A stretch of DNA of 64,000 nt from Nostoc sp. JL33 (GTDB lineage Bacteria; Cyanobacteriota; Cyanobacteriia; Cyanobacteriales; Nostocaceae). Location: positions 12,357 to 76,356 of the forward strand of contig NZ_JABXKP010000038.1 in the NCBI RefSeq assembly GCF_017114985.1, written 5' to 3'. The first letter of the stretch is position 1, and each line of letters begins with the position of its first letter. The notes under the pieces were generated by a model. It was not told the DNA's origin and made no database searches. It saw only the letters and a program-made list of their open reading frames with translations. The translations under genes and the position numbers were made by a program. Shown in pieces: positions 28,742-39,770 of this stretch.

Positions 28742-29943
28742 TTGACATTAAGCAAAAAAGCAGATTCAGTCTGCAACCAATTCATCAACGTGTTTCGGTT
28801 ACTTTCAACTACGAGGTTTACTTCACTCAAAATTTATTTGAGTTGAAAAACCCCACCTTAGCCCAAGTGATTGCAGCAGATGGGGAGACAAAGCCGAAGA
28901 AAGTAGTAGCGGTAGTAGACGCAGGAATATTGGAGTATCAACCTGGATTGGTTAAGCAATTAGTAGCGTATACCAAGTTTTATGCAGAAGTACTAGCGAT
29001 CGCAGCCGAACCGATGATAATTTCGGGAGGAGAAGCTGCCAAAAACGATCGCACTTTAGTAGATCAAATCCAGCAACAGATTGAAGCCGCCGGATTATGT
29101 CGCCATTCCTACATATTAGCGATCGGCGGTGGGGCGGTATTGGATTTGGTAGGATATGCTGCTGCAACTGCTCACCGAGGAATTCGCCTTATCCGCATTC
29201 CGACGACTGTGTTAGCACAAAATGATTCCGGGGTTGGAGTAAAAAACGGCATCAACGCCTTTGGTAAAAAGAACTTTCTTGGCACATTTGCGCCACCTTA
29301 TGCAGTTATAAATGACTCTGCCTTTTTGACAACTTTAGACGATCGCGATTGGCGTTCTGGGATCGCAGAAGCAATCAAAGTGGCGCTGATTAAGGATGCT
29401 AACTTTTTTTATTTTATCCATTTCCACAGCGCAGCCCTTGTGCAGCGAGACATGGACACTATGCAAGAAGTGATCTATCGTTGCGCTCAGTTGCACTTAG
29501 AACACATTACCAACAGTGGCGATGCTTTTGAAATGGGTTCGTCTCGTCCCCTGGATTTTGGACATTGGGCGGCTCATAAACTGGAGCATTTGACAGGTTA
29601 TCGCTTGCGTCATGGCGAAGCAGTTGCGATCGGTATCGCTTTGGATAGCACCTATTCCTATTTAGTAGGACTGCTGGATTATTCAGAATGGCAACGGATA
29701 TTAAATACTTTATCAGCGTTGGGTTTCACGTTGTATGTGCCTGAACTAGCTGAGAAGTTATCACAATTAGAACATCCTGATTGTCTGTTCGGAGGTTTAA
29801 CTGAGTTCCGCGAACACTTGGGTGGAGAATTAACTCTAATGCTGTTACAACGCATTGGAAAAGGAATTGAAGTTCATCAGGTGGATTTGTTTTTGTATAG
29901 GCAAGCAATATCGCTGTTGCGGGAATTTAGGGTGGAATTTTAA
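28735..29943 (+). CDS. aroB: 3-dehydroquinate synthase-family sugar-phosphate cyclase (scy-cluster AroB)
   Basis: GGGAVLD, IPTT.LAQ.D, GVKN, AEAIK, HGEAV; atypical PLDFGHWAAH. Confidence 0.85.
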   Translation: MVIDIKQKSRFSLQPIHQRVSVTFNYEVYFTQNLFELKNPTLAQVIAADGETKPKKVVAVVDAGILEYQPGLVKQLVAYTKFYAEVLAIAAEPMIISGGEAAKNDRTLVDQIQQQIEAAGLCRHSYILAIGGGAVLDLVGYAAATAHRGIRLIRIPTTVLAQNDSGVGVKNGINAFGKKNFLGTFAPPYAVINDSAFLTTLDDRDWRSGIAEAIKVALIKDANFFYFIHFHSAALVQRDMDTMQEVIYRCAQLHLEHITNSGDAFEMGSSRPLDFGHWAAHKLEHLTGYRLRHGEAVAIGIALDSTYSYLVGLLDYSEWQRILNTLSALGFTLYVPELAEKLSQLEHPDCLFGGLTEFREHLGGELTLMLLQRIGKGIEVHQVDLFLYRQAISLLREFRVEF

Positions 29944-30088
29944 ACGCTCCAGGTAGCTGAGGGAAGCGCAGAGGAACGCTGAGGTTTAATGAGAATTTAT
30001 GAGATAATTTACTACTTTTGAGGGAGGCGGAGATTTTTAAATAGGCTATCAGGAAATGTACTAGGAAAGCAGTATAAAAAGCGAATAA

Positions 30089-30120
30089 ATTGACACCTAA
30101 TCGAAAAATTGTTCAGCGTA
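30089..30120 (+). promoter_or_regulatory. Fourth copy of the scyA-type motif, upstream of trpE
   Basis: AAAGCGAATAA-ATTGACA-CCTA-ATCGAAAAATTGTTCAGCGTA; 4-nt spacer. Confidence 0.6.
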
Positions 30121-30325
30121 TTATCTGCTTGATATCTAGTACTCTTAAATAAGAAGCAAAAAGTTTTTCATTACATCTTTTAAAAAAAAACACACAAGTT
30201 TGGATAATTTCAATTAGATTGACATCGAATTATCTTGAGTCGTTTTTATTTTGAAGATAGTTATCAATAATAATTAATGGCTTTTGGCTAATGACTGGCT
30301 AATAAATATTCCAGAGAGATTACCT

Positions 30326-32533
30326 ATGATTTTTGATTCCCGTTCCTACAAAACCCTTGGTGGTGTAAACGTTTCTCGCTCCATCACAGAAGTGAAGATG
30401 GACACCGCCCTGGAAGAAATACTTTTCTATCTAAATTCTCAGCGTGGAGGTTTGCTAAGAAGCAGCTACGAATATCCAGGGAGATACAAAAGATGGGCGA
30501 TCGGATTTGTAAATCCACCGCTAGAATTGAGTACACAGGAAAATGCTTTCACATTGATAGCGTTGAATGAACGCGGACAAGTACTTTTACCATTACTCTT
30601 AGAGCGGTTATCTAAATCAAAACAACTTGAAAAAGTTACCCAAGAGAATAACCATATTGTAGGGTTTGTTAAACCTACAAAAAACCTATTTGCTGAAGAA
30701 GAACGTAGTAAACAACCTTCAGCATTTACTATTGTCCGCGAAATCTTATATACTTTTTCTAGTCAAGAAGACGAGCATTTAGGATTGTATGGTGCGTTTG
30801 GTTATGACTTAGTTTTCCAATTTGAACCAATTACCCAACGCTTAGAACGTCCTACAGATCAGCGAGATTTAGTGCTTTATCTGCCTGATGAATTGATAGT
30901 TGTTGACTACTATCAACAACGTGCATTTCGTCTAAAATATGAATTTGAAACAGCGCACGGCAATACAAAGAATCTTCCTCGAACAGGTGAGTCTATAGAT
31001 TATCGCGGAAAACATCTTCTACAGAATCAAACTGCTGACCATAAAGTAGGCGAGTATGCGAAAAAAGTTGAGGTTGCACTCGATTATTTCCGCCGAGGCG
31101 ATTTATTTGAAGTTGTTCCTAGTCAAAACTTTTTTGAGGGCTTTGAAGACCAACCTAGCAAATTGTTTGAAACCTTAAAAGAAATCAACCCTAGTCCCTA
31201 TGGATTTATTTTTAATTTAGGTGGAGAATATCTAATTGGTGCATCTCCAGAAATGTTTGTGCGGGTTGAAGGTAGGCGGGTAGAAACCTGTCCCATTAGT
31301 GGGACTATTAGCCGGGGACAAGATGCTCTTGACGATGCGGTGCAAATTCGTCAGTTACTCAACTCACACAAAGATGAAGCTGAGTTGACCATGTGTACTG
31401 ATGTCGATCGCAATGACAAATCCCGGATTTGCGAACCTGGTTCAGTACGAGTCATTGGTCGTCGCCAAATAGAATTATACAGCCACTTAATTCATACAGT
31501 AGATCATGTTGAAGGTACACTGCGATCGCAATTTGATGCTTTAGATGCCTTTCTCTCGCATACATGGGCAGTTACAGTCACCGGCGCACCCAAAAGAGCC
31601 GCAATAGATTTTATTGAACAGCATGAAAAGAGCGCTCGACGTTGGTATGGTGGAGCAGTTGGTTATTTAAATTTCAATGGCAATTTAAATACTGGATTAA
31701 TTCTGCGGACAATTCGATTAAAAGACTGCATCGCCGAAGTGCGAGTTGGTGCTACTGTCCTTTATGACTCCATACCACAAGCAGAAGAACAAGAAACAAT
31801 TACCAAAGCTGCTGCTTTATTTGAGACGATTCGCCGTGTTAAGCAAACTAGTCAGATTGATCAGTCCAGTTCGATAAAATTAACTAAAATCTTACCTTGT
31901 GCAGAAGCTGGCAAACGCGTCTTACTAATAGACTATGAAGACTCATTTGTTCATACCCTAGCCAATTACATTCGCCAAACTGGTGCAAGTGTCACCACAC
32001 TACGTCATGGTTTTTCAGAATCGCTATTCGATACAGAACGCCCTGACTTAGTTGTTTTATCTCCTGGCCCTGGTAGACCAAGTGATTTTGGTGTTCCCCA
32101 GACAGTCGGCGCCCTTCTTCATCGCCAAATTCCTATTTTCGGAGTTTGTCTGGGACTGCAAGGCATTGTTGAAGCTTTTGATGGAGAATTGGGAGTTCTC
32201 AACTATCCCCAACATGGTAAATCCTCACGGATTTTCGTCACCGATTCTAATTCTGTTACCTTCAAAAACTTAGCACAATCTTTTATGGTGGGTAGATATC
32301 ACTCATTGTTTGCCCTACCGCAACGTTTGCCAAAAGAACTGAAGGTGACAGCGATTTCTGATGACGACGTAATTATGGGTATTGAACATCAGACACTTCC
32401 CATCGCCGCCGTTCAGTTTCATCCAGAATCAATCATGACTTTAGCGGGAGAAGTCGGTTTGGAAATTATTAAAAATGTGGTGTCTGCATATACGCAAACC
32501 AAAGAGTCATTAGGCATTGGTCATAGGGCATGA
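30326..32533 (+). CDS. trpE: Fused anthranilate synthase TrpE-TrpG
   Basis: GDLFEVV, NPSPY, TCPISGT, ELTMCTDVDRND, then a GATase domain (DSFV, SPGPG, GVCLG, QFHPES); ATG at 30326. Confidence 0.95.
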   Translation: MIFDSRSYKTLGGVNVSRSITEVKMDTALEEILFYLNSQRGGLLRSSYEYPGRYKRWAIGFVNPPLELSTQENAFTLIALNERGQVLLPLLLERLSKSKQLEKVTQENNHIVGFVKPTKNLFAEEERSKQPSAFTIVREILYTFSSQEDEHLGLYGAFGYDLVFQFEPITQRLERPTDQRDLVLYLPDELIVVDYYQQRAFRLKYEFETAHGNTKNLPRTGESIDYRGKHLLQNQTADHKVGEYAKKVEVALDYFRRGDLFEVVPSQNFFEGFEDQPSKLFETLKEINPSPYGFIFNLGGEYLIGASPEMFVRVEGRRVETCPISGTISRGQDALDDAVQIRQLLNSHKDEAELTMCTDVDRNDKSRICEPGSVRVIGRRQIELYSHLIHTVDHVEGTLRSQFDALDAFLSHTWAVTVTGAPKRAAIDFIEQHEKSARRWYGGAVGYLNFNGNLNTGLILRTIRLKDCIAEVRVGATVLYDSIPQAEEQETITKAAALFETIRRVKQTSQIDQSSSIKLTKILPCAEAGKRVLLIDYEDSFVHTLANYIRQTGASVTTLRHGFSESLFDTERPDLVVLSPGPGRPSDFGVPQTVGALLHRQIPIFGVCLGLQGIVEAFDGELGVLNYPQHGKSSRIFVTDSNSVTFKNLAQSFMVGRYHSLFALPQRLPKELKVTAISDDDVIMGIEHQTLPIAAVQFHPESIMTLAGEVGLEIIKNVVSAYTQTKESLGIGHRA

Positions 32534-32663
32534 TATCATGTCCGCCAAATTAAGAACCCCACCCCCAACCCCTCCCCGCAGGCGGGGAGGGGAGCTAAAG
32601 CGCAGCTTTGGCGGGGTGGGGTTCCGGGCCGAGTATTATGCTTAATTGCCCGGACATCGTATA
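32533..32663. mobile_element. MITE-like element, imperfect ~22-bp TIR around a GC-rich hairpin
   Basis: ATATCATGTCCGCCAAATTAAG ... CTTAATTGCCCGGACATCGTAT. Confidence 0.65.
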
Positions 32664-32701
32664 AGTTATTCTCCTTGTCTCTCCACTCCCTCTAGCAGTT
32701 T

Positions 32702-33526
32702 ATGATTAACCAAGTTGTCACTTCCCGCCATATTCTCGAAGAAATTGTGTTGCATAAAAAGAAAGAAGTCGCACAAATGCAGCAAGAATTGCCTTTAGCC
32801 TCCTTGCAAAAACAGTTAAATGCAGCCCCGAATGTGCGAAATTTCTTGAATGCTTTGCAAGAAAATCCCAACCAACCTAGCTTAATTGCCGAGGTAAAAA
32901 AAGCATCACCTAGTCGTGGGATTATCCGCGCAGATTTTGACCCAATAGCTGTTGCTCAAGCTTATGAACGAGGTGGTGCAGCTTGTTTATCAGTCCTGAC
33001 TGACCAAAAGTTTTTTCAGGGCAGTTTTGATAATCTGCGGGCTGTGCGATTACAAGTAGCATTACCCCTACTGTGTAAGGAGTTCATCATTAACCGCTAT
33101 CAAATTTATTTAGCACGGACAGCAGGTGCAGATGCAGTCTTGTTGATTGCTGCGATTTTATCAGATCAAGAACTCCAAGATTTTTTGCGACTGATTCACG
33201 ATTTGGGCATGAATGCACTGGTAGAAGTTCATACCTTGGCTGAACTAGATCGAGTGCTAAAGCTTGACGACTTACATTTAGTAGGAATCAACAATCGCAA
33301 TTTAGAAGATTTTACCCTTGATTTAGGAACAACACAGCAACTTTTAGCACAGCGTCAACAACAATTACAAAGTTTAGATATCACCGTCGTCAGTGAGTCT
33401 GGACTGTTTACACCTGCTGATTTATCTCTTGTAGCTGAAGCTGGTGCGCGTGCAGTTTTGATCGGAGAGTCTTTAGTTAAACAAAGCGATGTAGAACAAG
33501 CTGTGCGTAGTCTTTTAAAGCTCTGA
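32702..33526 (+). CDS. trpC: Indole-3-glycerol phosphate synthase
   Basis: [35 protein letters not shown]. Confidence 0.96.
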   Translation: MINQVVTSRHILEEIVLHKKKEVAQMQQELPLASLQKQLNAAPNVRNFLNALQENPNQPSLIAEVKKASPSRGIIRADFDPIAVAQAYERGGAACLSVLTDQKFFQGSFDNLRAVRLQVALPLLCKEFIINRYQIYLARTAGADAVLLIAAILSDQELQDFLRLIHDLGMNALVEVHTLAELDRVLKLDDLHLVGINNRNLEDFTLDLGTTQQLLAQRQQQLQSLDITVVSESGLFTPADLSLVAEAGARAVLIGESLVKQSDVEQAVRSLLKL

Positions 33527-33527
33527 T

Positions 33528-33583
33528 ACTCATTAACGGAGCTAAAAGACTCGTTAACGGAGCTAAAAGACTCGTTAACGGAG
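33528..33583. repeat. 21-bp tandem repeat (~2.7 copies)
   Basis: ACTCGTTAACGGAGCTAAAAG unit, no spacers. Confidence 0.8.
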
Positions 33584-33612
33584 TTCCAAATAAAAAAATA
33601 TCCAATTATTTA

Positions 33613-33673
33613 TTGTGGGGTGGGCATCTTGCCCGCCCAATAACCAAAGGCGGGCAAGATGCCCACCCCACAA
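33613..33673. repeat. REP-like perfect 25-bp stem-loop between trpC and trpA
   Basis: TTGTGGGGTGGGCATCTTGCCCGCC-N11-GGCGGGCAAGATGCCCACCCCACAA. Confidence 0.85.
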
Positions 33674-33746
33674 GAGTTAGGTTTAATTGGGTTATGCAAT
33701 TTAGATGTTTTTCAGCTTATTAACCAATTATTAACTATTTTTCGGC

Positions 33747-34580
33747 ATGACTTCTATCTCCACTTCCTTTCAAACTTTACGCGATCGCCAACAGTGTGCT
33801 TTAATTCCTTTTATCACAGCAGGCGATCCTAACTTAGAAACCACTGCCGAAGCTTTACGCATCTTAGATCGCAACGGCGCTGACTTCATCGAGTTGGGCG
33901 TTCCCTACTCCGATCCTCTAGCAGATGGGCCTGTGATTCAAGCAGCAGCAACCCGCGCTTTGCAAAAAGGCACTAAATTAGAGCAAGTGCTAGAGATGTT
34001 ACAAACGGTGAGTCCGAGCTTAAAAGCGCCGATAATTCTATTTACTTACTACAATCCCATTTTGCACCGGGGTATTAAACCATTTTTGGGAGAAATTGCT
34101 GCTGCTGGGGTGCGAGGGCTGGTAGTGCCAGACTTACCCTTAGAAGAGGCAGGAGAATTAATCCAAACCGCCGCATCTTTCGGAATTGAGGTAATTTTAC
34201 TCGTAGCTCCCACCAGTTCTAAAGATAGGATTGAAGCGATCGCACGTCAATCTCAGGGTTTTATCTACCTTGTTAGTGTGACTGGAGTTACAGGTATCCG
34301 CTCTCAACTCCAAAACCGCGTAAAACATTTAATTACAGATTTGCGAAGCGTCACCGATAAACCCATTGGCGTTGGTTTTGGCATCTCAGATTCAGAACAA
34401 GCACATCAGGTAAAAGAATGGGGTGCAGATGCAGTGATTGTTGGTAGTGCCTTTGTTAAACGATTAGCTGAAAGTAGCCCAACAGAAGGACTGCAAGCAG
34501 TAGAAAAACTCTGTCAAGAACTTAAAACAGCGATTACAGAAACTCGGCGCGAAAGTCCATCTCTTCAAGAAGTGAGATAA
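33747..34580 (+). CDS. trpA: Tryptophan synthase alpha
   Basis: [30 protein letters not shown]. Confidence 0.97.
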   Translation: MTSISTSFQTLRDRQQCALIPFITAGDPNLETTAEALRILDRNGADFIELGVPYSDPLADGPVIQAAATRALQKGTKLEQVLEMLQTVSPSLKAPIILFTYYNPILHRGIKPFLGEIAAAGVRGLVVPDLPLEEAGELIQTAASFGIEVILLVAPTSSKDRIEAIARQSQGFIYLVSVTGVTGIRSQLQNRVKHLITDLRSVTDKPIGVGFGISDSEQAHQVKEWGADAVIVGSAFVKRLAESSPTEGLQAVEKLCQELKTAITETRRESPSLQEVR

Positions 34581-34739
34581 ATTCACCCCCCAACTTAGGG
34601 AGTTCTGAATTCTGACTCCTAAATTCTGACTCCTAAATTCTGACTTCTTCATTTCTCTCTCTTCCTCCTTTCTCCGTGCCCTCTGCGCCTCTGTGGTTCG
34701 TTTTCTTGGATAATTTATTTCTTGCAAATTCCTTAGACA

Positions 34740-35993
34740 ATGAAACTCCTGCTGAAATCCGTCAAAATATTAATTTATAGCGTACTTCTAGTTAGCGCCT
34801 GCGCCCTTACAGTCTTTGCTCATAATCCCGTTGACCACGGACAATACAAATACCATTGGGATTACAATTTTCTAGGACAACAGGCTCACCTAGCTGTAAG
34901 AAAGAACGTAACTGACCTGACACCAGCAGAAAAAACAGCCTTTGTCAAGGCTATAAAAACCTTAAAAACGACAATTCCCGTAGGTAGCAAGCTTAGTATT
35001 TACGACCAATTCGTTGCCATACATCTAGGGGCAACACGCTTGATTCATAATCATAAAGGGCATTCCGATAGTTCCGTCCAAGAACTTGCTCATGAAAATG
35101 CCGCCTTTTTCCCTTGGCATCGAGAATATATCCGCAGATTTGAACAAGCTCTGCAAGCAGTAGACCCAACTGTTAGTCTCCCATACTGGGATTGGACTGA
35201 CCCTAAAGCACTTGATGTGATTTTTAACGATGACTTTCTTGGCTCTAACGGCCAAGGAGTAACCATCAAAATTCCAAATCAGGGAAATTTTACAGGCGGC
35301 CCTGTGCCTGGGGCTTTTGCTGCTGCAAATGGCTGGGTTATGAATCCAGTATTAAACATTGACCCAGATACCAACACATCATTAGGTACATCACTTGTCC
35401 GGTTTCTACGACTACCTCCTGCCAGTGATTACCCTGTGCCCAAAAAAGATATTGAGCGTGCCCTTGCTCTTAATAACTATTCTCTATTTCGCCCTGCTTT
35501 GGAAGGATTTATCTCTGTAGATGAGCAGGGTAAAGTTACCCCAGGAGGATTCATACACAACTACATTCATGGTTTAGTCGGTGGGGTACAAATAGACGCG
35601 AGTACGACACCCATAAAGTTTAAGCCTTTAGGTACTATGAGCAATATCCCAAGTTCGCCCTATGACCCAGTATTTTGGTTGCATCATGCGAACGCAGACC
35701 GCCTCTGGGCCCAATGGCAAGAAAACGGTCATAAAGGTAGCGATTTTTATCCTCCCGATGGTCATAGTCAGCCTTATGGACACAATCTTAAAGACCTAAT
35801 GTGGCCTTGGGATGGCGGGATGTCTACCCCTAAAGCTACGGGCTTAGGAGATTTACTATCCCTATTACCAAATTTTGACTCTGACGATTTGGTGCGCCCT
35901 CTAGACGTTTTGAATCACAGGAAACTAGGTTATACCTACGAAACCTCTGAAAAGAAAACGCGAAGAGAATTTTATCTGTGGAATAAGTTCTAA
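34740..35993 (+). CDS. Tyrosinase with N-terminal signal peptide (scy-cluster TyrP)
   Basis: CuA (IH...AH...FFPWHR) and CuB (HNYIH...DPVFWLHH) motifs. Confidence 0.92.
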   Translation: MKLLLKSVKILIYSVLLVSACALTVFAHNPVDHGQYKYHWDYNFLGQQAHLAVRKNVTDLTPAEKTAFVKAIKTLKTTIPVGSKLSIYDQFVAIHLGATRLIHNHKGHSDSSVQELAHENAAFFPWHREYIRRFEQALQAVDPTVSLPYWDWTDPKALDVIFNDDFLGSNGQGVTIKIPNQGNFTGGPVPGAFAAANGWVMNPVLNIDPDTNTSLGTSLVRFLRLPPASDYPVPKKDIERALALNNYSLFRPALEGFISVDEQGKVTPGGFIHNYIHGLVGGVQIDASTTPIKFKPLGTMSNIPSSPYDPVFWLHHANADRLWAQWQENGHKGSDFYPPDGHSQPYGHNLKDLMWPWDGGMSTPKATGLGDLLSLLPNFDSDDLVRPLDVLNHRKLGYTYETSEKKTRREFYLWNKF

Positions 35994-36043
35994 AAACTTA
36001 GAACAAAAGTAAAAAATACTTGAACGTAAAAGGATTTTAACCA

Positions 36044-37285
36044 ATGGTAAGTATACAAGACATCAACACTACGATTTCGGCTGCAACTGTCCAACCAGAT
36101 TCTTTGGGCAGGTTTGGAAAATTCGGCGGTAAATACGTTCCCGAAACCTTAATGCCTGCATTAAGTGAGTTGGAAGCGGCGTTTCATCAATATCGCAACG
36201 AGCCAAGTTTCCAAGCGGAACTGCAAAACTTACTGCGTGACTATGTGGGACGACCCAGCCCATTATATTTTGCTGAACGCCTGACAACAAACTACGCTAG
36301 ACCAGATGGCACGGGAGCGCAAATCTACTTAAAGCGTGAGGATTTAAATCATACAGGCGCTCACAAAATCAATAATGCTTTAGCTCAGGTGCTGCTAGCT
36401 AAACGCATGGGTAAGCAACGGGTTATTGCAGAGACAGGCGCAGGCCAACACGGCGTAGCGACTGCAACTGTATGTGCGCGGTTTGGTTTGAAATGTGTGA
36501 TTTACATGGGCGTTCATGATATGGAACGCCAAGCCCTCAACGTGTTTCGCATGAAGTTAATGGGGGCAGAAGTTCGCCCAGTGTCAGCAGGTACGGGAAC
36601 TCTCAAGGATGCAACTTCGGAAGCAATTCGGGATTGGGTGACGAATGTGGAAACAACTCATTACATCCTCGGTTCCGTTGCCGGGCCTCATCCCTACCCG
36701 ATGATTGTGCGTGATTTCCACACTGTAATTGGTGTAGAAACTCGCGCTCAGTCTCAGGAGAAATGGGGAGGATTACCAGATATTTTACTGGCTTGCGTGG
36801 GTGGAGGTTCCAATGCGATCGGCTTGTTCTATGAGTTTGTGGATGAACCTTCAGTTCGCCTAATCGGAGTAGAGGCGGCGGGTGAAGGTGTAAATACAGA
36901 AAAGCACGCTGCTACCTTGACAAAAGGAAAAATAGGTGTATTGCACGGCGCGATGAGCTATTTATTGCAAGATGATGATGGTCAAGTCATCGAAGCCCAT
37001 TCAATTAGTGCCGGACTGGATTATCCCGGCGTTGGCCCTGAGCATAGTTATTTAAAGGATCTTGGTCGCGCCGAATATTACAGTGTTACCGATAAACAGG
37101 CGTTAGAAGCGTTTCAGAGGCTTTCGCAACTAGAAGGAATTATTCCCGCCTTAGAAACTGCTCATGCGATCGCATATCTCGAAACCCTTTGTCCTCAGTT
37201 AGAAGGCAACCCCCGCATCGTGATCAATTGTTCCGGCAGAGGTGACAAAGATGTGCAAACCGTCGCCAAAGTCCTTATTCCTTAA
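36044..37285 (+). CDS. trpB: Tryptophan synthase beta
   Basis: [38 protein letters not shown]. Confidence 0.98.
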   Translation: MVSIQDINTTISAATVQPDSLGRFGKFGGKYVPETLMPALSELEAAFHQYRNEPSFQAELQNLLRDYVGRPSPLYFAERLTTNYARPDGTGAQIYLKREDLNHTGAHKINNALAQVLLAKRMGKQRVIAETGAGQHGVATATVCARFGLKCVIYMGVHDMERQALNVFRMKLMGAEVRPVSAGTGTLKDATSEAIRDWVTNVETTHYILGSVAGPHPYPMIVRDFHTVIGVETRAQSQEKWGGLPDILLACVGGGSNAIGLFYEFVDEPSVRLIGVEAAGEGVNTEKHAATLTKGKIGVLHGAMSYLLQDDDGQVIEAHSISAGLDYPGVGPEHSYLKDLGRAEYYSVTDKQALEAFQRLSQLEGIIPALETAHAIAYLETLCPQLEGNPRIVINCSGRGDKDVQTVAKVLIP

Positions 37286-37322
37286 TCTTCTCTTCTTGTC
37301 GTTTGCTAATGACAAGTGACAA

Positions 37323-38429
37323 ATGACCAATATGATAGCTGTAACTAAAACTCCACCCGATAACATCCCCGTTACTCCTGAGTTCTACAACTGGCCAGTT
37401 TTATTGCAACAGTTGCTGAATCGGCAATCGTTGACGGTTTCCCAAGCTGCGGATCTGATGCAGGGTTGGCTCACAGATGCCATTCCCCATGTATTATCAG
37501 GAGCGATTTTAGCCGCAATTCAAGCTAAAGGCGTATCTGCACAAGAATTAGTAGGGATGGCTAGCGTCTTACAATCCCAATCCCCACCCCCCGTACAAAC
37601 GCGATTAATCGCGTCTCCCCTAATTGACACTTGCGGAACTGGTGGAGATGGTGCTTCAACTTTTAATATTTCTACTGCTGTCGCCTTTGTTGCCGCCGCC
37701 GCCGGGGTAAAAGTTGCCAAACATGGCAATCGTTCCGCATCTAGCAAGGCTGGTTCTGCTGACGTGTTGGAAGCTTTGGGCATAAATCTCAACGCCACCC
37801 CGGAGAAAGTACAAGCCGCAGTGGGCGAGGTCGGAATCACCTTTTTGTTTGCTCCAGGCTGGCATCCTGCACTTAAGGCGATCGCTACTTTGCGAAAAAC
37901 TTTGAAAGTGCGGACTGTTTTTAATTTGCTCGGCCCGCTAGTAAATCCCATGCGACCGACAGGGCAAATTATTGGTGTGAATGACCCGCTTTTACTAGAG
38001 GAGATTGTTCAAGCTTTATCCCAATTGGGATGTCAGCAAGCGATCGCACTCCACGGACGGGAACGTTTAGATGAGGCGGGTTTGGCAGATGTCACTGACT
38101 TGGCTGTACTCCAAGATAAAAAAGTGCGTTCTCTAACGCTCAATCCTCAAGAACTTGGTTTGAGTTTTGCACCGACTGCGGCGTTGCACGGTGGAGATGT
38201 CGAAGAAAATGCCGAAATCTTGAAGGCAGTTTTACAAGGTAAAGGCACTCAAGCGCAGCAAGATGTAGTTGCTTTAAATACAGCCCTCGCACTCCAAGTT
38301 GGTGAAGCCATTGATGGAGAAACTGATGTTTTAGCCGGTTGTGTTAAAGGTATTGCCCTTGCTAAGGAAATTCTGCAAAGCGGCGCTGCTTGGACGAAGT
38401 TAGAACAACTTGCTGAATTTTTGCGCTAA
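37323..38429 (+). CDS. trpD: Anthranilate phosphoribosyltransferase
   Basis: [32 protein letters not shown]. Confidence 0.97.
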   Translation: MTNMIAVTKTPPDNIPVTPEFYNWPVLLQQLLNRQSLTVSQAADLMQGWLTDAIPHVLSGAILAAIQAKGVSAQELVGMASVLQSQSPPPVQTRLIASPLIDTCGTGGDGASTFNISTAVAFVAAAAGVKVAKHGNRSASSKAGSADVLEALGINLNATPEKVQAAVGEVGITFLFAPGWHPALKAIATLRKTLKVRTVFNLLGPLVNPMRPTGQIIGVNDPLLLEEIVQALSQLGCQQAIALHGRERLDEAGLADVTDLAVLQDKKVRSLTLNPQELGLSFAPTAALHGGDVEENAEILKAVLQGKGTQAQQDVVALNTALALQVGEAIDGETDVLAGCVKGIALAKEILQSGAAWTKLEQLAEFLR

Positions 38430-38708
38430 TTGCTATTAGCCACTAAGTTATAGCGATTCTCGTTTGGATGGACATGCTGTAGGGTCACACATTTGTCATT
38501 GGCATCAACTAAGCCTTTAAATACTCTCGTTTCCAGGTTCCACCTGGAAATGCACCTCATTGCGGCTCTGCCGCTAATCAAATTAAGGAGGCAGAGCCTC
38601 CCTATGGCATTCCCAGCCTGAGGCTAGGAACGAGGCAATCTCTCAAAGCGGCTTTTAGACTAGGTTTCAGTTTAGGTTAATTACACCCAAAAACAAAAGG
38701 AAAAACAG

Positions 38709-39770
38709 ATGATTATCATACTTAAGAGCGGTACACCTGTTGAGGAAATTACTCGGATTAGCCAAGAACTGAGTGACACTTGGGGAGTCACGGTAGAAAA
38801 AAGCATTGGCACTCATAAAGTTGTGCTGGGGCTAATTGGTGATACCACTAGCATCGATAAATTACAGGTTCAGGAGTTCAGCCCTTGGATTGAGCAAGTA
38901 TTACGAGTGCAACAACCTTTCAAGCGGGTTAGCCGAGAATTCCGACATGGAGAAGCCAGCGAGGTTGTTGTACCCACGCCTAACGGTGATGTCTATTTCG
39001 GCGAACGTCACCCGATCGTGGTGGTAGCCGGGCCTTGTTCCGTTGAAAATGAAGCGATGATTGTGGAGACAGCAAAGCGGGTGAAGGCAGCAGGAGCACA
39101 GTTTCTGCGTGGCGGAGCTTACAAACCTCGCACTTCACCTTATGCCTTTCAAGGTTATGGCGAAAGCGCTTTAGATTTATTAGCCGCAGCGCGGGAAGCT
39201 ACTGGTTTGGGCATCATCACAGAACTGATGGATGCTGCGGATTTATCAGCAGTGGCGAGAGTCGCTGACGTGATCCAAATCGGAGCGCGAAATATGCATA
39301 ACTTTTCGCTGCTCAAAAAGGTAGGCGCTCAAGATAAACCTGTGCTGCTGAAGCGGGGGATGTCTGCAACAATTGATGAGTGGCTGATGGCGGCAGAATA
39401 TATTTTGGCATCAGGAAATCCGAATGTGATTCTTTGTGAGCGGGGAATTAGAACCTTTGATGGTAAATATGCCCGCAATACTTTAGATTTATCGGTGCTT
39501 CCGGTGTTGCGATCGCTTACCCATTTACCGATTATGATTGATCCTAGTCACGGTACGGGTAGGTCTGAATATGTTCCATCAATGGCAATGGCTGCGATCG
39601 CAGCTGGTACAGATGCCTTGATGATTGAAGTTCACCCCAATCCAGCTAAGGCTTTATCCGATGGCCCCCAATCTCTCACTCCTGATAAATTTGACCGTTT
39701 AGTTGAAGAAATGTCAGTTCTGGGCAAAGTAGTCGATCGCTGGTCTACACCTGCATTTGCCTGCATTTGA
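38709..39770 (+). CDS. aroG: DAHP synthase (type I-beta with N-terminal regulatory domain)
   Basis: AGPCSVE, GGAYKPRTSPY, QIGARN, LKRG, CERGIR, DPSHG. Confidence 0.95.
   Translation: MIIILKSGTPVEEITRISQELSDTWGVTVEKSIGTHKVVLGLIGDTTSIDKLQVQEFSPWIEQVLRVQQPFKRVSREFRHGEASEVVVPTPNGDVYFGERHPIVVVAGPCSVENEAMIVETAKRVKAAGAQFLRGGAYKPRTSPYAFQGYGESALDLLAAAREATGLGIITELMDAADLSAVARVADVIQIGARNMHNFSLLKKVGAQDKPVLLKRGMSATIDEWLMAAEYILASGNPNVILCERGIRTFDGKYARNTLDLSVLPVLRSLTHLPIMIDPSHGTGRSEYVPSMAMAAIAAGTDALMIEVHPNPAKALSDGPQSLTPDKFDRLVEEMSVLGKVVDRWSTPAFACI

Noticed and set aside
28740-28780. TTGACA-containing partial match to the scy motif at the aroB start
   Set aside because: The ATCAAAAGATT block does not match and the site is inside coding sequence.
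36044-39770. Extra trp/aro genes as a novel pathway
   Set aside because: Dedicated precursor-supply paralogs are an established part of scytonemin clusters.
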